DNA of 64,000 nt from Podarcis vaucheri (Eukaryota). How positions within the stretch are numbered: the first letter of the stretch is position 1; each line of letters begins with the position of its first letter. The notes below the pieces were generated by a model. The model did not search any database, had not been told where the DNA came from, and saw only the letters and a list, made by a program, of their open reading frames with translations. The stretch lies in NCBI GenBank assembly GCA_965113315.1, contig OZ220369.1; one strand, 5' to 3'. Both the position numbers and the translations under genes were made by a program. This document shows positions 39,725-50,126 of this stretch, in pieces.

Positions 39725-40455
39725 AGGGTGATAACATCATTCCCAAGCTTCATCTTGTCCACCCCCTGCAATGCAGGAATCACAGCTAAAGAATCCCTGA
39801 CAGATGGCCTTCCAACCCCTGTTTAAAAACCTCCAATGAAGAAGAGTCCACAACCTTCTGAGATAGTCCATTCCCCTGTCAAGCAGCTCTTACCATCAGA
39901 AAGCTCTTCCTAATATTTAGTTGGAATCTCCTTTATTGTAATTTGAATCCAATGGTTAAGGTCCTACACTCTAAAGCAGCAGAAAGAAGAAGAGTCCACA
40001 ACCTTCTGAGATAGTCTATTCCCCTGTCAAGCAGCTCTTACCATCAGAAAGCTCTTCCTAATATTTAGTTGGAACCTCCTTTATTGTAATTTGAATCCAG
40101 TGGTTAAGGTCCTACACTCTAAAGCAGCAGAAAGCAAGCTTGCTCCATCCTCCATGTGACAACCCTTTAGATATCTGAAGACAGTTATCATGTATCCTCT
40201 CAGTCTCCTCTTTACCAAACTAAATATACCCATCTTCATCAACCGTTCCTCATAAGGCTTGGTTTCCAGACCCTTGATCATCTTTCACCCTCATTTGAAC
40301 ACATGTCAGCTTGTCAATATCCTTCTAAAACTATGGTGCTCAGAACTGGACACAGGATTCCAGGTGGGCTCTGACTTAGACACTATACCTCTGTTGATGC
40401 AGCCTAGAATCGCATTCACTTTTTTGCTGCTACATCACACTGTTGACTCATGTTG
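39725..40455 (-). mobile_element. CR1 LINE ORF2 3' region with an internal 148-bp tandem duplication
   Basis: ORF 40081-40281 (MIKGLETKPYEERL..LVKRRLRGYMITVFRYLKG) is CR1 ORF2. Duplicated units begin near 39843 and 39991. Confidence 0.88.
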
Positions 40456-40611
40456 ACTTTCTCTTGAGTAGAGGAGACATTTGTTTTGGTGACCTATGTG
40501 ACCTGTTTTGGCCAATAGGCTCGGGGAAAGGGGTTGCCTATAATAGGCTTCTGCTGCGTCCTTTATTTACAAATACAAAAGAGGACTTGGAGGAGGGACA
40601 GCCTGTTCCAC

Positions 40612-40653
<42 letters not shown>
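40612..40653. repeat. (CA)n microsatellite
   Basis: Direct reading. Confidence 0.95.
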
Positions 40654-40657
<4 letters not shown>

Positions 40658-42164
40658 TCCTTTATTTTCCTGGCTGGAAAAATATTGCAACATTGAAAAA
40701 TGCACATACAATTTAGAGGGTGTCAGATATGAGCAACAGATTGAGGTCAGCAAGGAACCATGTGATAAAGTCTTAGACTTAAGGCAGAACCAGAAGGCAA
40801 ATCAGGAAGCAGGACTGAGCACTCATTGTTCTCACCACCCAGATTTAGGAGTGTGGCGTGGGAAGGGGTATGATCTGGGAAGAGGCCCAGAAGCCTGATA
40901 AAGATGAATGGAGGGTTACATTTGACCTCTAGACCTGCGGTTCTCCACCCCTGCTCTAAGCATAGTCTGGGAGCTTTGGGGTGAAAGGAGTCAGCTTATT
41001 TATTTATTTTTTCCCAGCTGCATTGTAATTTAAAGGATGGAGCACCCTAGTTATTTTCCTTTAACTTGGTTTTCTCTTCTGACAATTGCACTAACAGACC
41101 TGGTTCTATTTATGCCATGAAATTTATGTATCTTTACTAAGGGAGAAGCTCATCTATCTGCCATCCCGTGTCAGCAGAATTATAAACCTGTCAATGGCAC
41201 AGTATTTCAGAAGTGACCTATGCTGGCAGTAAACACCAATGCAAATGCTCCGATAATGTATCATGCGCAATGAAACAATTCCTGGCAAATAATAACCATG
41301 CTATGAAATAAAACAGTGGCATACTTCTGTGTCTTTAAAATAATGAAGAGCTTATACATCAACTCCCTTGAATCATTTAGAGGTTGTCTTGTTGTTGTTG
41401 CTTGAACGTTTTGTGTTTAAGAGCTCAGCATATATTTGCCTTCCTTTTTAATTCACCAACAAATGAAACTTTTACTGCCATTAAAGAGGAATCACTAATA
41501 TGGGCCAGGCAAGCACAGCACACTAGCTATAGACGTGAACTGAGGAAAGCCATGTTTATGGCCTTCCTGACACTGAGCCTCCTGGGACTCTGTGGTTGTT
41601 CTTTTCCCTTGAGAACCTAGCAGACCACAAAGCAGGGCTGGTGCATTGTATTTGACTGTGAGAATTTAAGGTGGCTTTGCATGATCTCCAGGATCAAAGG
41701 GAGCATGTGTCTGAATTAGGGATGGGCAAATCGGTCGATTTCAGTTTTTCTGCATTTTTCATTTTCCCCACACCACTCTTAAGTTCTGTCCTCCACATTT
41801 CCACATCTGTTTGCAATTAAAAACAACAACAAATCAAGTTTGCATGAAAATTCAACAGCATATTTGCACGAAACTCTCTGAACAGGTATGCAATTTTGTC
41901 CACAATCTTTCTATGCAATTTTGCCTAATATGTGCATTTTTGCACAGCGATTTCCCCTTATAAAATGTATTTCCATATGCTATTTTCACAAACACATGCA
42001 TTTCTATACAAACTTTATACTAACATACTGGTTTTTGTGTGCATTACTTGGCAGGAAAAGTGCATTGTAAAATTCAGAGAAGTGGGCCTTTTTAATAATG
42101 GCTCTGTTTCATGTCACATATTGTTTCAGAAAGTATTACTTTGGTGCTGTTTAGGACTAATCAA

Positions 42165-42625
42165 GCACTAAATGACTTGGGCCTAGGCTACCTGAAAGGC
42201 CTTATCTCCCTATATGAACCTATCCAGGTGCTAGGATCCTTGGGTGAGCACCTTCTCTCGGCCCATCGTTATCAGAAAGATGGTTGGTGATGACATGAGA
42301 GAGAGCCTCTGCTGTGGTCACTCCCAGATTATGGGATTCCCTCCCAAAAGAAGTTAGACCAGCTCCTTCTTTGCCATCCTTCCACCAGCAGCCTAAGACC
42401 TTCCTATTCAGACAGACCTTTGAAAATTAAAGTGCAGATGATATTGAACACTGGGTTGCTGTCAGGGCAAACTGTGTTTTAATTGCTGGTTCTAAATGTC
42501 TTTTGTTCTAATTTAACTATTGTTTCTAACTAGCTGTTTTTTTTTTAATCTGGTTTTATAATGTTGTTTTTAAATGCTGGAAGTTGCCTCAAAACCCAGC
42601 TTGGGAGAAAGGAGGGATATAAATA
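42165..42625 (+). mobile_element. Old L2-clade LINE 3' fragment
   Basis: Degenerate homology to the L2 3' ends (GCACTAAATGACTTGGGCC..TACCTGAA..; GGGATATAAATA tail). A related minus-strand copy lies at ~62130-62445. Confidence 0.6.
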
Positions 42626-44844
42626 GATTAAGTAATAATAATACAAGCTTAACTGAATTTCTACTCTAAATGTCAGGAGAATAGCAAGAATTTACTATTG
42701 CGCTCATGTCCTGCATGTGTCCTTCCCATAGGCATCTGGATGGTGGATGAAATGGATCCTTGTTCTGGTTCTATTTTCTTATTTGATGGACAGAGTCATC
42801 CTGAATCAAGGGTGGTACTCAATACTAGTCCTACCCAGAGTAGACTCACTGAAATTAATGGGCATGGTTAACTTAGGGTCATGAATTTCAATGGGTCTAC
42901 TCTGCGTAGGACTTAGTTGGCAGCAACCCAAATATTTCTAATGAGTAATGAGTTATTTTCTTCTTTACTTCTGCGTTAGCCGCACAGCATTGTCCTCTTA
43001 CTTTTAGCCGATTTATAAATATTCTCCTCCCATTAAGATTTTGTTCCCTGGAGTCTTTTTTCCAATCCACCACACTCTTCCCCATGTTGATAATCAATTT
43101 GTTGCTTCAACATGCTCAAGCTGAAAATTAATCAGGGCCCTTTGAAAGTCTACAAACGGCACTCACATGTTGTAGGAATGTCTTACAAGGATAAGTCAAA
43201 TTAGTGTAACCAGCACAAATTAGCTCCGTTTCAGAAGGCGTGTAACCCAGCAAATCCCATCTTTCACTCACTGCATGCCATAGGATTATGAAGGATTTGT
43301 CTTATAACAGAACAGCTAATTACATCTACACATTTAGAGCATTGCTGTTTTTGCCATCAACATTCAAAGACTGAGACATTCCATTAAATGATTAAGTGTA
43401 TTGAATCATTGGACTTCATTCTGCTCAGTATTACAAGGAAACTAACCCAGACAGGGCATACAATGAAATGCAAATGTTAAATACTTAATCCTTTGACTTA
43501 TGTATTTATCCAGAACTGGTCTTCTGGGAATCAAACATCTTCCCTCCTGCTGCAGCATTCCTTTGGAAAGCAATAGGTTCAAGCACAGTAGGTCACCTGT
43601 AGGGATGAGTGAATTTGCCAAATTCGTTTTCTGACGGTTTCTCGTTTTTCCACTTTTAACAGCTCTCCACATGCAGCTTGTGGTTTCTTTTTCAAAGTCC
43701 TCATGAAAATCCAACAACATTTAGTGCAAACTTCTCCTGATGTTGCCTAAGATACACATTTTTGCAATGCAATTTCTCCTCATAGAATGCATTTTAATGT
43801 TGTTTTTACTAATATATGCATTCCTATGCACACTGTAGTATATAGATTTTTGATCACGTTACTTGGCTGGAAAACTGTACTACAAAATTCAGAGAAGTGC
43901 AAAGTTTGAAGGATGGCTGGGTTTCACTGTGGGTAAAACTAAGAAACTCAAAATTACAGAAGAAAATCTGGCAGTGCTCAGAACTTTCCCTCAAAAGCAG
44001 TTCACTTATACCTCGCTGCAAAAAAAGACATAGAGGGGCAGAAAAATGCAGAGAGACTGAATTGTGAGCCTTTTCCCTGTGTACATTCTTACTCTCTCCC
44101 ATGTCCCATAATTAAACCAGGAATTCTCAAATTAATTACAGATTTCCATTTCATCAGAACTGGGAAACTATGGTTACCAGTTTTAAAACAAGCCAGGATA
44201 TTTAACCAACTTCAGACCATGTTTTCATATCTTGGCTTGTTCTAAAACCCTCGTTTCCTGGACATGCATCACACAGGAAACAATGGTTAGCTGAAGACTG
44301 CTGGGTTTCATTGCTGGCTCAAGCAAAAGGAGGGAGAAGCAAAGGGGCTACATGCACCACCCAAAGGCTTGCGCATATTTCACCTTATTAAGCTGAGATG
44401 TGATCATCTGAATTTGGCCAGTAAAAGGATGTCAAAACATGGGTTAGATTGAACTGGATGTTGTGGACGGGGCAAGGGTAAATAACACACGCCTGCCATT
44501 TTCAGCAACGGTCCTACTGTCAGACTTGGGTCTCTCACACACACGCACAACAGCTCTAAAAGTTAATTATTTCAGATTTATTGGCTCTTTAAAAAGCCCT
44601 GGTTGGAGCTCAGCTAATTTCAGTCTTCTTCCAATGACACAGTTGCCTGAACTAAGCTCCGCCCCCTTTTCCCCCAATAGGAAAAACGCCACTTTCTCTT
44701 CCGATTAGTTTGGCGCTTCTTGTTTAATCTTGTGATTCTACGAGATCTTGGAGATTGTACTCCCACTATTTCTGTGTCTGCGTCACTATCTGAGTTCTGC
44801 AGCTGTATTCCTGCTCTGTGTCTCTCTGCTTTCCTCTGTGTGTA

Positions 44845-45104
44845 CAGTGGTACCTCGGGATGCAAGCGGGATCTGTTCCGGAGCCCTGTTCGCATCCCGA
44901 ATGGAATGCAAGACGCGACGGCGCATCTGAGCATGTGCGAGTCGCGTTTTGCCGCTTCCGCGCATGCGTGTGATGTCATTTTGAGCATCCGCGCATGCGC
45001 AAGCGGCGAAACCCAGAAGTAACGCGCTCCATTACTTCCTGGTTGCCGCGGAGCACAACTCAAATGCGCTCAACCCGAAGCACATTCAGTTCTAGGTATG
45101 ACTG
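44845..45104. mobile_element. Tc1/mariner (Tigger-like) MITE, CpG-rich
   Basis: TA|CAGTGGTACCTCG start, AGGTATGACTG|CA end; interior contains GCGCATGCG repeats. Confidence 0.75.
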
Positions 45105-45287
45105 CACGAAGGTTGGATTCCTGTGGCTAATTGCTCCCCGCCCCCCCCACTAAGGAATTCTCTCTGTTCTTCCACTGTCTCTGTCCCTGTCCTGCCTGTC
45201 AGAGAGTCTCGTTCTCTGACACCAACTTTCTTGCAGTGTTGTCTTCCCTGCTATGCAGAATCCTCAAGGAGCCTGAATCAGTGCATG

Positions 45288-45500
45288 AGAGCCAGTGTGG
45301 CGTAGTGGTCAGCATGTCAGACGAGGCCTTGGGAGGCCAGGGTTCGAATCCCCACTCAGCCATGAAGCCCATGGGGTGAGCATGCCTCTCTGCCTAACCA
45401 GAGAGTTGTTGTGAGGATAAAATGGAGAGGAGGGAGAACGATATACACCACTTTGAGCTCCTTGGAGAATAAGGTTGGGCATAAATGTAATAAACAAATA
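45288..45500 (+). mobile_element. CORE/MIR-like squamate SINE
   Basis: A box TGGCGTAGTGG, B box GGTTCGAATCC, body shared with 53634. Confidence 0.8.
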
Positions 45501-45905
45501 AATGATTATGCCTGGGTCTGTTCCAACAGTATGCATGTGTGTGTGTTTTCAGAAATGCCTTGAAAAGGCTAATATGCAACTCAGGGGGGCGGGGCAGGAA
45601 GCTTGACAAACTAGGTAGCTGAGGGACTCTAAAGTGATTGTCGGCTGTCGCTTTTGACTGATGCATCTGCCAAGAATCAGAGGCTCGTGGAAGGCTGACC
45701 TTGTGCTGGGGGTGATCTGTCTTCATGGGAACTGTCATGTGCACAAGTCTCAATTTCACAGAGGAAGAGCCCGGAGTGTGAAATGAAAGAGCCTTGGACA
45801 TTGCTAAGGAGGAAAAATGTGGAAAAGCGTCAGGGTCTCACCAGTGGTTAAGAAACCATCTGCAAAGGCTCTGCTCTCTTCAGCACCACCACACATACAT
45901 ACATA

Positions 45906-45946
<41 letters not shown>

Positions 45947-47237
45947 ATCTGATAAAGATAGGCACAAACTATTCACTATGTAGACTCCATGATTCCTTGA
46001 CACTCTGCAGTTTTTTTAATCAAAAGCAGCCCAAGGCAACTTGCATATGAGCAGTAGTTGACAGTTGGTTGCAGGGTAAATGGGGAAACATTGCTTAAAA
46101 CTCCCGCCCCACATGTAAATCTCTGTGCAGAGGGATCGATTGTTTAACCACTCTGGAAATTGTAGCTCTGGAACAGAGGTCTCCTCATAATTCTCAGCAC
46201 CCTTAACAAACCACAGCTCCCAGAATTCTTTGGGGGAAGCCATGATTGTTTAAAATGGTATATCGTAGCACTTTAAATATGCAGTGTGGGTGTGGCCTAA
46301 GACTCCATCTCCCCTACTTTATGTGTGACCGTGGTGGACACAGGAAAATACACCTTTGCCTCTTGTCCCCAGGTCATCTTGTTTGGCCTTTATTGCTGAA
46401 AAGGCGATTGGGATAATTCTATAAGGTTTTCCTTCATACTAAGCAGTTCTTATTTTTTAATCCGCCCTATGTCCGTGCAGCAGTAGGGAGAAAAGGGGCT
46501 AAAATAAGTGTGATGTTTTAATTGTGCTGCCTTTTAGAGTGTTGGGTAAGCTGCTTTTGTTCTTGTTTTTTTTCATGCGGGGGGGGGGGATTCACATACT
46601 GACAGTTCAAACAGAGATTTCTCTCTGGGTTCTGAAACAGCATTAAAAACAGCAGACAAACGGATCTGACAGGAAGCACTGACTGATGTCCAATATTCAC
46701 TTATTAAAGAATATAAATGAAGTAAGGAAAGGCTGGGAGCTGATTTGATATGTCCATCTGGGATCATTTTGGAATGACAGGAATAGCAGAGTATTATTAG
46801 GTGACAGAATTCTGTTGTTCTGAGAGGTGCCAAGTGAGTGAATGTAATTTTGTGCAAAAGGAGTGGGGGGGGCAAAGATTAAGCATTGCACTTACTCTGG
46901 AATTTAAAAAGGTTGAAAGCCGTTCTTAGTGATCTTTGCTGATTCTTTAAGATGGGTGGAGAATGGTGTTTTTTGTTGTTGTTTTGGCAAGGAAGCAAAC
47001 AAACAAAAATATGAATAGATTGCAATTTAAGTTTCCCCCTTCTAGTCTAGAAGACTGTCAAAACATTTAACATAAATTTCAAAAGTTCAGATAACTGACA
47101 GTGCTTTTAAAAAAGAAAAGTATTGCACAGAGATGAAGTTGCATGCATATGAATAGGAGCAGGGAGCAGAGGAAATAATAAGTTTAAAAGTTTCACAATG
47201 GTGAGAAATGAGTGGTGGTGATCTCCAAAGTTCTGTA

Positions 47238-47479
47238 CAGTGGTGCCTCGGGTTACATACGCTTCAGGTTACATACGCTTCAGGTTACACACTCCGCTAA
47301 CCCAGAAATAGTGCTTCAGGTTAAGAACTTTGCTTCAGGATGAGAGCAGAAATTGTGCTCCGGTGGCGCGGCAGCAGCAGGAGGCCCCATTAGCTAAAGT
47401 GGTGCTTCAGGTTAAGAACAGTTTCAGGTTAAGAACGGACCTCCGGAACGAATTAAGTACTTAACCCAAGGTACTACTG
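47238..47479 (+). mobile_element. Tc1/mariner (Tigger-like) MITE
   Basis: TA|CAGTGGTGCCTCGGGTTA...TAACCCAAGGTACTACTG; four copies in the window. Confidence 0.9.
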
Positions 47480-47480
47480 T

Positions 47481-47838
47481 GGTGGCGCTGTGGGTTAAAC
47501 CACAGAGTCTAGGACTTGCCGATCAGAAGGTCGGCGGTTCGAATCCCCGTGAGGGGTGAGCTCCCGTTGCTCGGTCCCTGCTCCTGCCAACCTAGCAGTT
47601 CAAAAGCATGTCATGTGCAAGTAGATAAATAGGGACCACTCTGGTGGGAAGGTAAACGGCGTTTCCGTGTGCTGCTCTGGTTCACCAGAAGCGGCTTAGT
47701 CATGCTGGCCACATGACTCGGAAGCTGTCTGCGGACGAACGCCGGCTCCCTCGGCCTATAGAGCAAGATGAGCGCGCAACCCCAGAGTCAGTCACGACTG
47801 GACCTAATGGTCAAGGGTCCCTTTACCTTTACCTTTAC
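47481..47838 (+). mobile_element. Sauria SINE
   Basis: Homologous to 20514 and 56683; (ACCTTT)n tail. Confidence 0.92.
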
Positions 47839-49848
47839 CACTGTATTGTGGATTTCACATACGCCCCATCAGCACTTTACATTCAAAGCAGTATCACGCC
47901 ACTTTAAACGGCCATGGCTTCCCCTGAAGGATTGTGTCAATCTGAAGTTTGTTACACACTCCTCTACCTAGGCAAGCAAAAGGCAGTATCAGACAGCAAG
48001 GACATATTCCAGCCAGGCATAAACACCCAAGGAGGGCACAAAGCACTGCTGATGAGAGGTGTGTCTAGGGAGGGTGTGTGGCCTTGCACTCATCACCGCT
48101 CATCCCAACCAAGGTTTGCATCTCATCAAAAATGCTTGGTGCTTTTCTTCAAAGAACCTCCCATTTGCAGAGAGTAAATTGGGAGCATCCAAAATGGAAT
48201 TGCTGGTAGTTGAATGAATGGAACACCAACCACCACAAAAGAAAGAGGGGAGGGGGAACCCGGGAGAGTGTGTAGGAAAAGTAGACAAATCAGGAGAAAT
48301 AATGTCAACAAACTCCTGCAGATACGCGAGGAAATCCAAAATCCAGCAGTGCAAGCAGATGGCTGTAAAAGCTGTGCGATGAAACAGATTACTGGGGGCT
48401 CACCCAAACAGAGAGCTCGCAAATGAAAACAAGGCCCTTTTTTTTTACCATGTTGGAGAACAGGATGTAAGAAAGCTGTTCGGATATTAAGCAGAGAGAG
48501 TTAAACGAGGGGAGATGTGCAAGGATTTTAGAAATCCGCAAGGCTCAATTGTCAGACTCCTGACTGAAATCTCAGCCTGTTCATATCCACAAAGCAAAGC
48601 CTCCTTTGCTTCCTCCAGGGCTCTCATAACTTCTGAGAAAAACCTGCTCTGAGTGCTCCTGTTGTCTGAAGGATGGTAGGCTTGCCTCACCGTTGATCTA
48701 TACAAATGATTTACCCACAAAAACCCATGTGTTTCAGTGGATAGACTTGGCATCCGCTGTGAATTACTATGCAGGATTCAAACACAAGCACTCTCCCCTC
48801 CTGTGGTTTCCAGCAACTGGTATTCAGAAGCATTTACTGCCTCCAGCTGTGGCAGCAGAGCAGTCATCATAGAGAGTAGCCATTGATAGCCCTCTCCTCC
48901 ATGAATTTGTCTAATCCTCCTTTAAAGCCATCCAAGTTGTTGGCCATCAATGCCTCCTGTGGAAGGGAGTTCCATAGTCTAACCATGCACAAAGAAATCC
49001 TTTCCCTCCCCCTCCCCTCTGTCCCAAATCTTCCAACATTCAGCTTCATGGGATGTCTAGTGCAGTGTTTCCCAACCTTTTTTGGGCAAAGGCACACTTG
49101 TTTCATGAAAAAAATCTCGAGGCACACCACCATTACAGCCCCGTGACGTCAGCGCGCAGCGTCACGCCGGGAGGGACATGAATTGCTAGCAAATTACATA
49201 ATCACCTCCTTGAGGGCTGGCTCATCTTCTCCGAAGGCAGAACCCCATTAATTAACAGCACAGACTCACACCATAGCCAAGACGAGGGGGGAAAACCTCA
49301 GTCATGCACAGTCATGCACATGTGGGGGCTAAATGAGGATGAAGACCGGGCAGAGATCAGGGTTCAAATCACCCCACCTGGCCAGGACAATCCCTGGGTG
49401 CTCCCTTGGGCCACTCGCCTGACCCACCTCGCAGGGCTGTTGTTGCGAGGATAACACGGGGAGAACCACGCGCGCCCCCGGGAGCTCCTTGGAGGAGAAA
49501 GCGGGCGATGAATGCAATGCACGAAATATATGAGAGGCGACCAGGTTTTGCAGGTGAGGGGCCCCCGCCAGCCTCCACTTCCAACACCCGGCGCAACGAC
49601 GCCGAAGTTTTCCCCCGGGCTCGGCTCGGGGAGCAGCGCTGCTCCCCCCCTGGCTCCCCTTCGCCCTCCCGGCTCTCTCTGCCGCCCACTGGGGACCCCC
49701 CTCACCTGCCAAGTCCGGAGCGCCGGTGGAAGTTGCATGCATGCATGGCCTTGCACGCCCGCCAAGGGGTCTCCCCACGGTCCGATGCGTCCCCTCCGGC
49801 GCGGATGCAGCATTGCAAAAATAACACACACACCCGACGCAGCCCTAC

Positions 49849-49905
49849 CTGGGGGGCAGCCTCCGCCTCCGCCGCTCCGCCTCCGCGGGGATCCCCGGGC
49901 TCCAT
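49849..49905 (-). pseudogene. Putative captured first coding exon (MEPGDPRGGGAAEAEAAPQ) inside hAT copy A
   Basis: Strong Kozak context GGCGGCAGG-ATG-G, 19 codons, then a phase-0 donor CAG|GTAGGG, with GC-rich leader and promoter-like sequence upstream. Parent gene not recognised. Confidence 0.55.
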
Positions 49906-50050
49906 CCTGCCGCCTGATCTCCGCGGGGGCGCAGGCAGGCTGCGCGGGGTCTGCGCGGAAGAGCCCCTGCCCGCCCGGCCGCCACCGCTGCGCTCATTCC
50001 ATGGCCGGGAGAAGAGCGCTTCAAACAAAACGCCCGGCCCGCCAGGCCAC

Positions 50051-50126
50051 GCTGGGAAACGTAGTTCGTGCACCCCGTGCAGGCGCGGAGCCCAAGGGCG
50101 AGGGGACTACGGATCCCGGCAGCCCC
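50051..50126. promoter_or_regulatory. Divergent pair of ZNF143/SBS-like (ACTAC-N-TCCC) motifs within the cargo
   Basis: GCTGGGAAACGTAGTTC (50051-50067, reverse) and GGACTACGGATCCCGGCAGCCCC (50104-50126). Confidence 0.5.

Noticed and set aside
47250-47470. CRISPR-like spaced repeats (CAGGTTAAGAAC)
   Set aside because: MITE subterminal repeats with the same spacers in every copy; eukaryotic context, no cas genes.
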